DNA of 64,000 nucleotides from NCBI GenBank assembly GCA_965214965.1, contig OZ244030.1, positions 27,334 through 91,333 of the forward strand, in the 5' to 3' direction. Origin of the DNA: Mycoplasmatales bacterium. Its GTDB lineage: Bacteria; Bacillota_I; Bacilli_A; CBDATW01. The notes beneath the pieces are model-generated. The model worked only from the letters and a program-made list of their open reading frames with translations. It searched no databases and had not been told where the DNA came from. A program made the translations under genes and the position numbers. This document shows, piece after piece, positions 55,659 to 64,000 of this stretch (positions within the stretch are counted from its first letter, which is position 1; each line of letters begins with the position of its first letter).

Positions 55659-56415
55659 TGTTTTTTACTAATTCCTTTGCAAGTTTTTTGTAAGCCTTGG
55701 CTCCTTCTGAGCTAGCTGCATGATCAAAAATTGATTTTTTAGTAGCTGGTGCTTCAGCTAATTTAACATTTCTTGGAATAAAACTTTTAAATGCTTTATT
55801 TTCAAACGTTTTTTGAATAAGATCTTTAATTTCGTTTGAAAGTGTTGTTCTTTGATCAAACATTGTAACTAAAATTCCTTCAATACCTAAATCCTTGTTG
55901 AAAAGTCTTTGTACAACTCTAATTGTTGAAAATAGTTGTCTAATTCCTTCCATAGCAAAGTGTTCTGTTTGAATAGGGATCAATACAGAATCAGATGCTG
56001 TTAGTGCCATCGTGTTAATTGCACCAAGTGATGGTGGACAATCGATGAATATGTAATCATATTGATCTTTAATTGTTTCTAGTTGATTTTTCATTTGATA
56101 TTGGTGATCTTCTTCACTAGCCATCGTTATGTTAATAGATGCTAGTTCTTTAGACCCTAAAATCATATCTAAGTTTTTTTCCACTCCAGCAACAACTGCT
56201 TTTGATGCCGCAATATGTCCGGTAAGCATATTGTAAATTGCTGAATTTTTTTCTTTTGGTCTTTGACCCAATGCTATTGTAGCATTGGATTGTGAGTCTA
56301 AATCAATTAAAAGTACTTTTTTATTTAACCTGGCAATTGCAACAGCTAAATTAACTGCTGTTGTAGTTTTACCTACTCCACCTTTTTGGTTAGTGATTGC
56401 GATTGTTTTCCCCAT
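55651..56415 (-). CDS. parA: chromosome partitioning ATPase ParA/Soj
   Basis: 254 aa, intact. NQKGGVGKTTTAVNLA is a deviant Walker A. Confidence 0.95.
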   Translation of the reverse strand: MGKTIAITNQKGGVGKTTTAVNLAVAIARLNKKVLLIDLDSQSNATIALGQRPKEKNSAIYNMLTGHIAASKAVVAGVEKNLDMILGSKELASINITMASEEDHQYQMKNQLETIKDQYDYIFIDCPPSLGAINTMALTASDSVLIPIQTEHFAMEGIRQLFSTIRVVQRLFNKDLGIEGILVTMFDQRTTLSNEIKDLIQKTFENKAFKSFIPRNVKLAEAPATKKSIFDHAASSEGAKAYKKLAKELVKNNE

Positions 56416-56427
56416 GATAATCTCCTT

Positions 56428-57720
56428 TTATTTAATTCCTACTCTTTTATATAAATTATTAACTTCTTTCATATAGAAATTTAGATCAAATAAGTTTTCT
56501 AATTCTTTTTCTGAAATTTTAACATCTTTAGATTGTAATAGCAGTGTTTTGAAACATGACTCTTTTTCAAAAGCATTTTTTGCAATATTTTGAACAATAT
56601 CATAGGCTTTTTCTCTTGAATAACCTTTTGTCTCAATTAAGTAAGTTAATACTCTTTGTGAAAATATTACTCCATTTGTTAGATTGATATTTTTAATCAT
56701 TTGTTTTTTATCAACAATAATGTTTGATAAAATTTTATTCATTCTTTTAAGTGAATATTCAACTGTTGCTGTTGCATCTGGACCAATTACTCTTTCAACA
56801 GATGAATGAGAAATGTCTCTTTCATGTCATAGTCCATTATTTTCTAGTGATGCTTGAGCATAAGCACGAAGTAGTCTTGCTTGCCCGCAAATATTTTCAG
56901 ATCCAATTGGATTTTTTTTGTGTGGCATTGCTGATGAGCCTTTTTGGTTTTTAGAAAAACCTTCAAATACTTCTTTTACTTCTGTTCTTTGTAATGATCT
57001 AATTTCTAATGCAATTTTTTCAAGTGTAGTTCCGATTATTGCAAGAGTTGAGAAATACTCTGCATGATTATCTCTTTGTAAAACTTGTGTTGAAATTTTT
57101 GATGATGTAATTTTTAGTTTTTTGCAAACATAATCCTGTACATAAGGTTTTGTATTTGCAAAATTTCCAACTGCTCCTGATATTTTACCTTGTTCAATTG
57201 CTTTTGATGCTTTAATAAATCTTACTTTATTTCGATTCATTTCATCAAATCATATTGCAAACTTAAGTCCAAATGATGTTGGTTCTGCATGAACTCCGTG
57301 AGTTCTTCCAATGCATGGTGTTTGTTCATGTTTTTTTGCTTGTTTTTTAAGCGTTGTTAAAACTGAGTTTATTTGCTTTAAGATTAATGTGTTAGCTTCT
57401 TTATAAATTGCTCCAAAAGCAGTATCAACAACATCTGTTGAAGTGAGCATGTAGTGGAATCATTTCTTTTCTGGCCCAAGTGATTCTGAAATCATTCTTG
57501 TAAAAGCAATTACATCATGCTTTGTTTCTTTTTCAATTTTAAGCATTAGTTTAGAATTAACTTTTGCATTTTGTCTAATTTTAGTTGGCACCGCTTTTGG
57601 AACAATTCCTTTTTTTGCAAAAGCTTCAAGTGATAGGATTTCTACCTCTAATCATTTTGCTAATTTGTTTTCATTAGATCACACATTTTGCATTTGTTCT
57701 GTTGAATATCTATCAATCAT
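56428..57720 (-). CDS. purB: adenylosuccinate lyase
   Basis: Pieces 56428..56742, 56827..57240 and 57250..57450 plus the N-terminus up to the ATG at 57718-57720 are in frame. [11 protein letters not shown] signature. 430 aa. Confidence 0.95.
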
Positions 57721-57733
57721 GTTTTTCTCCTAT

Positions 57734-59008
57734 TTACCTAACAATTGTTTGCATTCTCTTAGGACCAACCGAGAAAATTGAAACTTTAAGTCCTGTTAGT
57801 TCTTCAATTTTATTAATGTAGTTTTGGGCATTAACTGGAAGTTCATCAAATGATTTTATACCAGTGATATCTTCGCTTCATCCAGGTAGAGTTATATATT
57901 CTGCCTCTGCAATTGCTAAATCATCTTCAATTGCTGGGAATGTTTCAATTCCACTAACTCCATTAATTTTATATGAATTACAAATTTTAATTTCTTCTAT
58001 ACCTGTTAAAACATCAAGTAATGTAATAACAATTGATGTCATTGATGATGTTCTAATTGAGTGGTTTAGTGCAACAATGTCTAGTCAACCAACATCTCTT
58101 GGTCTACCAGTTGTTGTTCCAAACTCATTTCCTGTCTTTTGAATGTAGCTCCCAATCTCGTCTTTGAGAATTGTTGGCATTCTACCGGCGCCAACTCTTG
58201 AGCAATAAGCTTTAGTTACCCCATAAATATTTTCAATATGCTTCATGTTAATTCCAGCACCAACAAGGGCTGAAGAGCCAGAAGGATTAGAAGATGTAAC
58301 AAATGGATATGTTCCATGATCAATATCTAGAAGTAATCCTTGTGCACCTTCAAAAACAATTTTGTGTCCTTGATCTGCTAGTTTTGTAAGTAATATTGAT
58401 GTGTCCCGTACATGAGGCCTTAAGATGTTGGCTTGTTTTTTGGCTGCTTCAAAAATCTCTTCAAATAAAATTGGTTCTTTATTGTAAACTTCTTTAAATA
58501 GTTTATTGTAAAACTCTAGATTTGTTTTTAATTTTTTTTCTAGAATGTCTTCTCTAATAAATTCAGCCATTCTGATTCCGCTTCTTTTAACTTTATCTGT
58601 ATAAGTTGGCCCAATACCTTTTTTAGTTGTACCAATTTTATTATCTTTTTTAGCTTCTTCTTGGTATCCATCAAGTAGAATGTGATATGGCATAATAACG
58701 TGTGCTCTATCTGAAATTACAATATGATCTGTATAAAGATTATTTTCTTTTACATATTTAATTTCTTCTATAAATGCTTCTGGGTTGATGACGCAACCAT
58801 TAGCAACCACTGCATATGTATCTTTATGAACCACTCCAGAAGGCATTAGGTGAAGTTTGTATTTGTTTTCACCAACAACTACAGTGTGACCTGCGTTATT
58901 TCCTCCTGATCATCTAACTACTGCTTTTGCATCTTCTGCAATAAAATCAGATATCTTTCCTTTTCCTTCATCGCCTCAAAGGGCCCCCATTACTATATCA
59001 ATTGCCAT
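57734..59008 (-). CDS. purA: adenylosuccinate synthetase
   Basis: From the ATG at 59006-59008, [21 protein letters not shown] is the P-loop. ORF 58085..58846 is in frame. TAA at 57734-57736. 424 aa. Confidence 0.95.
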
Positions 59009-59009
59009 A

Positions 59010-59648
59010 TTACTCTCCTAGTATTTTTTCTTTTATTTTTTTAAATTTTCTTGGATACTTTTTATTTGTTTCTTTTATTTTTTTGTAAACAATGATATTT
59101 GTTGGAATCATTGTTCCTTTAACTTTGTAATTACCGACTAATTTAAAACCTAATATTTTTGCAGCCTTTGCTGCTAATTTTAATTCATCTTCAATACTGC
59201 TTCCTTTAATAAGAATAAGTTTGCCGTTAAGTTTTAAATATTGAGATGAAATTTCTAAACAGATTGCTGAATGAGCAAATGCTCTCATAGTTACAACATC
59301 AAATTGTTTTTTATAATTAATTCAGCAATCTTCAGCTCTATCATGAATAATATTAAAATCTATATATTCATTTACTTGTTTTAGAAACTTAACTCTTTTT
59401 TCTTTTGCTTCAAGCAAGTAAAGATCAATGCTTTTATTATTAAGTTTAAGTGGAATGCCTGGAATACCACATCCAGTACCAATGTCTAAAACTTTTTTAT
59501 TATTAAGATCAATATTAGCAAAAGCTTTAATTGAATCATTAATTAGATTATCTTGTATTTCTTCTATTGTCTTAAATCCTGTAAGCATATGAACATTGTT
59601 ATATTCAAGGATGTGCTCGATATACTTTAATATTTTATTTGAATTCAT
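59010..59648 (-). CDS. rsmG: 16S rRNA (guanine527-N7)-methyltransferase
   Basis: Pieces 59010..59288 and 59322..59648 are in frame. DIGTGCGIPGIPL SAM motif. 212 aa. Confidence 0.9.
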
Positions 59649-60174
59649 CTTTTATTGATGCAATGTATGGGAATCTTCTTCCTCATTCATTAACATCGAG
59701 TCCTCAACCAACAAGTCAATCTTTTGTATCAGATTCAATGACAGTTCAATCTGGTTTGAATTCTACTTTTCTGCCATTAACTTTATCTAATAGAGTTACC
59801 ACTTTAACATCAGCTGCACCTTTTTCTTTTAATATTTTTACAACACCTGAAAGTGTAACAGCTGAATCAATAACATCTTCTATAATTAAAATTTTTTTAT
59901 CTTCTATTGATTCTTGTAGGCCAAAATCAATACTTACACTATCTTTTGATCTTGATCCATCAGTAACTGATGTTTTAATAAACTCATTTGTAACATCAAA
60001 ATCTAATTTAGTCATGATTTGCCCAAAGAAGTTGATACAACCTTTTAATAGTCCTAATAGAACTACTGGTTCTGTTTCATCTTTGTAATAATCATTAATT
60101 GAACCTGTGACACCATCAATCATTTTAAGAATTTGTTCTTTTTTAAATAAAATTTCTTTACATCTTTTATCCAC
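59635..60174 (-). CDS. hpt: hypoxanthine-guanine phosphoribosyltransferase, copy 1
   Basis: ILIIEDVIDSAVTL PRPP loop. Reads through TGAs to TAA at 59635-59637, overlapping the rsmG start by 14 nt. The start is placed at GTG 60172-60174, 7 nt after AAAGAGGAG. Confidence 0.85.
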
Positions 60175-60721
60175 TTTTATACTCCTCTTTAACTGATGCA
60201 ATGTATGGAAGGTTTCTTAACCTTTCATTATAATCAAAACCTCAACCAATTAATCATTCCTGAGTATCTAATTTGATAACTTTTCAATCTGGTTCAAAGT
60301 CAGTTTTTCTGTTATGTGGTTTATCAATTAATGTTACTGTTTTTACTTCTTTAGCTTTTTTAACTTCTAATAAGTGGTTTTGGAGTTTTTTTAGTGTAAT
60401 TGCTGAATCAACAACATCTTCTACAATTAGAATATTTTTACCTTCAACATCTCCTTTAGTTAGCCACTCTAATTCAAACTTGTCTTTTAGTTTATTATTT
60501 TCTGTTCTTTTAACAGATACGAATTCATAGTGAGCATCAAAATCAAAATAAATAACTAGGTTTGCTTGGAATAATACACAACCTTTTAAAACGCCTAAGA
60601 TAACCGGTTTTTCTTTATTTTTGTAATATTCATTTAGTTTTGGGGCAAACTTTTTAATTTCTGATTTAATTTCTGCTTCTGTAATTAGGATTTCTTTTAC
60701 TTCTTTTACTAATTTAGTCAT
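60167..60721 (-). CDS. hpt: hypoxanthine-guanine phosphoribosyltransferase, copy 2
   Basis: ILIVEDVVDSAITL PRPP loop. The start is placed at the ATG at 60719-60721 (MTKLVKEVKEILITEAEI). TAA at 60167-60169 after TGA read-through. Confidence 0.85.
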
Positions 60722-60728
60722 AATAGAT

Positions 60729-61676
60729 TTATTTTTTAATTCTTGGTTCTTTCTTATTTTCATTTTGGAAAGTTTTTCTTCACTGAACAAAACCTCTAAC
60801 ATTTCCATACCAACCTTTTTGGATTTTCCCTTGATCATATCTAACCATTTCTTCATATTGTTCTGAAGTCATAGCTTGTGCGCAGTGCTCAAATGGTGAT
60901 CAGTGACCAGCAGATGAAAGTCTTGTAAATAGTGCTAAGTCTTTTGTGTAATCATCTTTTCCTGCAAAGTTTAAATATGAGACTCTGGCACATCTTGCTG
61001 TTGCAATAGCAATTTGAACATAATCAGTTGTCATATTGTTTTCTTTAGCTAGTGCTTCAATTTCATCCATTCTGAATTTTCCTCCAAATGGTATGTGTCA
61101 TTCACTAGCAGAAAGTTTTTTGGGTTTTGAATTATTGTATGCTTCTAGCATTTTAAATGCGATTTCAGCAATGTGAATTTCCGCTTCGTCATGAGCTCTT
61201 AGAGCAAAGAAGTTATCTCACTCTGTTGTTGTAACAATAACTTTATGCATCATGTATGGTTCCATGATTCTGTTACATAATTGCTTTGTTAGTCCCATTT
61301 TTGAAAGTTTTTTTGCTGATGCAACTGCAGCATCTCTTCCTTCTAATCATACTTTTTTAAACTCAGAAACTTTTGCTTCATCTTCAAAATAGCGTGAACC
61401 TTGCATACCGCTATGTTCTTCCATTCAACCTGAAGGGATGAATGGTTCTGACTCAATTTTTTCTACCATCTTCGCAAACGGAATTGCTCTTGATGATGCA
61501 GAGTTTCTTGAGAAAAGCCTGTGAGTGTTAAACTCTGACAAAATAATTCTTGGGAATGTACAAACAAAAGTTGTAATTCTATCTCCCTGTTCATTTAATG
61601 AGTCTGCTACTACTTCTGCTGTAATTAATTCGGAGCTGTACTTAATTAATTCTGTTTCGTTTTGTAATTTATTCAT
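60729..61676 (-). CDS. thyX: FAD-dependent thymidylate synthase
   Basis: ORF 61425..61676 carries THRLFSRNSASSRA (ThyX RHRxxSxxxxSxR-type motif). It continues in frame through TGAs to TAA at 60729-60731. 315 aa. Confidence 0.85.
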
Positions 61677-61678
61677 TT

Positions 61679-61957
61679 TTATTCATTTTCCTTTTCATTT
61701 TTTTTAATTTTCTTTTTTAATTCTTTTAATCTTTCAATTTCTTTATCTATTTCTTGCTCTATATCTTGTGAACTAACATTTTTAGTAAGCCGATTGTTTG
61801 TATCAGTTGTTAATCCTCAATGTAGAAATATTCCTGTGAAGAAATATAGTGATACAGATATTAATAATGTTTTTCATTTATCTGAATCTGCAATATTTTT
61901 ATTTGTGTAGTAAGGTAGTGCTAGAAACAGGAATAAAATTGTGATGAATATTCTCAT
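61679..61957 (-). CDS. small membrane protein (92 aa) with a charged C-terminal tail
   Basis: From the ATG at 61955-61957, overlapping the rsmI stop. MRIFITILFLFLALPYY..., a second hydrophobic segment, then a KE-rich tail. Contains 2 TGAs, so it is absent from the track. Confidence 0.5.
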
Positions 61958-62661
61958 TATTTCACCTCCTTATTATTTATAAGCAATACATATTCTCCTT
62001 TTATTAACTTTGGTAAATCAGACAATACTTCATCTGCTGTTCCAAAATAATAAGTTTCATGTAGTTTTGTTAATTCTTTAGCAACAAATATTTCTTTATT
62101 TGGGAATGTTTCTTTAAGTTCTTCAATTGATTTTTTTAATTTAAAACATGAAACATAAAATATTAATGTTTGTTTTATTTCACTTAACTGATTAAAAAGT
62201 TTTGATCTTTGTGATTTTTTATTTGGTAAGAAACCATGGAAATAATTAGTTGTTGAAAATCCTGAAGCAACAAGTGCACTTGTATAAGCAATTGGTCCAG
62301 GAATTACTACTACATTTATGTTTGTTTGTTTTAATTTATTAATCAGTGGAAAGCCTGGATCAGAAATAAGTGGTGTGCCAGCATCTGATACAAGACCAAT
62401 TTTTTCATGTTGAGAAAACATTTGAATAATTTGGTCTGTTATATTGTTTTCTTTAACTACATCATACCTAACAAGTTTAGGTTTGTTTGTAATTTCAAGT
62501 TTTTTTATTAAATTTCCAGTAACTCTTGTATCTTCGCATAGAAGGACTGAAACTTCTTTGATAGTTTCAATCATTCTTTTTGAAATATCAGATAAGTTGC
62601 CAATAGGAGTTGCAATGATATAAAGTGTTGGATTTTGATTATCGAAGCTTTTTTTAATCAT
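61957..62661 (-). CDS. rsmI: 16S rRNA (cytidine1402-2'-O)-methyltransferase
   Basis: 234 aa, intact. LYIIATPIGNLSDIS and LLCEDTR motifs. Confidence 0.9.
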   Translation of the reverse strand: MIKKSFDNQNPTLYIIATPIGNLSDISKRMIETIKEVSVLLCEDTRVTGNLIKKLEITNKPKLVRYDVVKENNITDQIIQMFSQHEKIGLVSDAGTPLISDPGFPLINKLKQTNINVVVIPGPIAYTSALVASGFSTTNYFHGFLPNKKSQRSKLFNQLSEIKQTLIFYVSCFKLKKSIEELKETFPNKEIFVAKELTKLHETYYFGTADEVLSDLPKLIKGEYVLLINNKEVK

Positions 62662-62662
62662 A

Positions 62663-63316
62663 TTATTCTCCTTTTTTTAATTCGTTTAGAATTTGTGAGA
62701 TTATTAAGTTTGTATTTACATTTGATCCAAGCATATTGATCAAATGTAAAATTCTATCTAAATGTTTTTCGTTGTTTTTAAGTTTTTGTTTTCTAGTGTA
62801 AGAAATTAAAATTTGTTTTATTTCATTTCTGTTTAATTTATTTCAAGGCACCTCCATTGGATTCAGATCGATTAAATGTTGAGCATATTGATTATTTTCT
62901 TCAAAACCATGACCCAGTCTAATTATTTGGCACCTAGTTTGAATTGTTTCAAGTACTGATTCTGTATTCATTGTTGTGAATACAAATAAAATCTCTTGAT
63001 CAGGTTCTTCAATAAATTTTAGAAAGGTGTTAGCTGCTTTGGTTGTTATGTTTTCAATTCCTTGAATTAAAATTATTTTTGATTCACCATTAACTGATGT
63101 TGTAGAACAAAAGTCTTTCACTGCTTCTACTTGGTCAATTTTTATTGTTTCTGAATAACCATCGATTGAAGCCATATTTGGATTTAGGTTTTTTTCAATT
63201 GATTTTGTACAATGATCATCTTGGCAAACTTTTTGTTTAATTAAATTGATAGCTTCTTTATAAGATTGTTCTTTTGTTAGTGCTTCAATAATATATGCAT
63301 GTGCATTGCTAATCAT
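62663..63316 (-). CDS. holB: DNA polymerase III delta' subunit
   Basis: ORF 62843..63316 carries AANTFLKFIEEP and TIQTRCQ motifs. Reads through TGA to TAA at 62663-62665. 217 aa. Confidence 0.85.
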
Positions 63317-63932
63317 TTTTTAAGGCCTCGTCAATTAATTTAATTACAGCTTGTTTTACTTCTTTTTTTGATTTGGAAGCATCTACAATTTGAATATTTC
63401 TATAAGGGAAGATTTCATTTAATTTATTAAATCCTTCTCGGCATTTTTGATGAAACTCTTTTTTCTCATTATCAAGCCTATTAGCTTCTCTTGAATTCTC
63501 TTGAATTCTTTTTTGTGCAGTTTCAATATCTACATCAAGCACAATTGTTAAGTCTGGTTTGAAATTTTCAACTGCATATTTATTAATTAATTTAATTTCT
63601 TCAACACCTAATTTTCTTGCATAGCCTTGGTAAACAATTGAAGAATCAAAATATCTATCACAAATAACAATTTGGTTTTTTTCAAATGCTGGTTTAATCA
63701 CGTGTTCGATATGCTCAAGTCTAGCAGCTGCAAAAGTTAAAGCTTCTGTCATTGGAGTTATGTGGTGATTAACAATAATGTCTCTAAATTTTTCAGCAAC
63801 ATTATTTCCGCCAGGTTCTCTAGTTTTAATAACTTCTAGTTTTTTTAAAGTTAGGTGTTCATAGATTGCATTTACAACGGTTGATTTACCTGCTCCATCG
63901 CAACCTTCAATAGTGATAAAAAATTTTTTCAT
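63309..63932 (-). CDS. tmk: thymidylate kinase
   Basis: 207 aa, intact. FITIEGCDGAGKST P-loop and DRYFDSS motif. Confidence 0.95.
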   Translation of the reverse strand: MKKFFITIEGCDGAGKSTVVNAIYEHLTLKKLEVIKTREPGGNNVAEKFRDIIVNHHITPMTEALTFAAARLEHIEHVIKPAFEKNQIVICDRYFDSSIVYQGYARKLGVEEIKLINKYAVENFKPDLTIVLDVDIETAQKRIQENSREANRLDNEKKEFHQKCREGFNKLNEIFPYRNIQIVDASKSKKEVKQAVIKLIDEALKND

Positions 63933-64000
63933 TATTTAAATTCCTCTATTTCTAGAAGATCTCCAAAGAAGTCTTTTGCTTCCTGAATTTCTTTTTGGTC
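63932..64000 (-). CDS. 3' end of an unidentified CDS (partial)
   Basis: Open frame ...DQKEIQEAKDFFGDLLEIEEFK, ending at TAA 63932-63934, which overlaps the tmk ATG. Too short to identify. Confidence 0.4.
   Translation of the reverse strand, partial: DQKEIQEAKDFFGDLLEIEEFK

Noticed and set aside
60722-60856. 45-codon N-terminal extension of hpt copy 2 in track ORF 60284..60856. Similar cases are the extension of the EIIC ORF (25471..25530) and of ispF (49866..49895).
   Set aside because: The hpt extension overlaps the thyX 3' end in another frame. In all three cases, internal ATGs with Shine-Dalgarno sequences give the family-typical N-termini.

Overview
This is a very AT-rich Mollicutes-type chromosome segment that must be read with translation table 4 (TGA = Trp). 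Almost every conserved gene appears in the standard-code ORF track as several same-frame pieces separated only by TGA. After merging, the window holds about 65 genes, all on the minus strand except smpB and a possible 3' gene end at the left edge.

Gene order by coordinate:
- nrdF-nrdI-nrdE, then smpB.
- A de novo pyrimidine cluster: deoD-pyrB-pyrC-carA-carB-pyrD-pyrF, plus pyrE.
- secG-rnr, a CaCA antiporter with an XRE regulator, whiA, trxB, lgt, hprK, uvrA.
- A fructose PTS operon: fruR-fruK-IIA-IIB-IIC.
- pepA, a FolT-like ECF S component, folC.
- An accessory interval of about 11 kb (31.2-42.6 kb).
- A leader / class V aminotransferase / 580-aa HprK-like protein operon.
- ftsH, tilS, pth, ispF.
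- A three-fold tandem amplification of a secreted or membrane-anchored paralog.
- ychF, DUF951, parB, parA, purB, purA, rsmG, two hpt copies, thyX, rsmI, holB, tmk.

The accessory interval looks like a defence island with no mobility genes. It contains:
- an orphan 103-aa ORF;
- a disrupted KAP-like P-loop NTPase;
- an Abi_2-like gene;
- a complete type III mod-res pair;
- a Fic protein with a degenerate motif;
- a 534-aa protein with an unassignable N-terminal region fused to a DUF3883-like nuclease module.

These units are separated by a recurring terminator-promoter module and by relics of neighbouring genes. One relic carries a (TA)7(TG)7 microsatellite.

All calls come from reading motifs by eye. 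No database search was run. Coordinates of merged CDSs include the stop codon.
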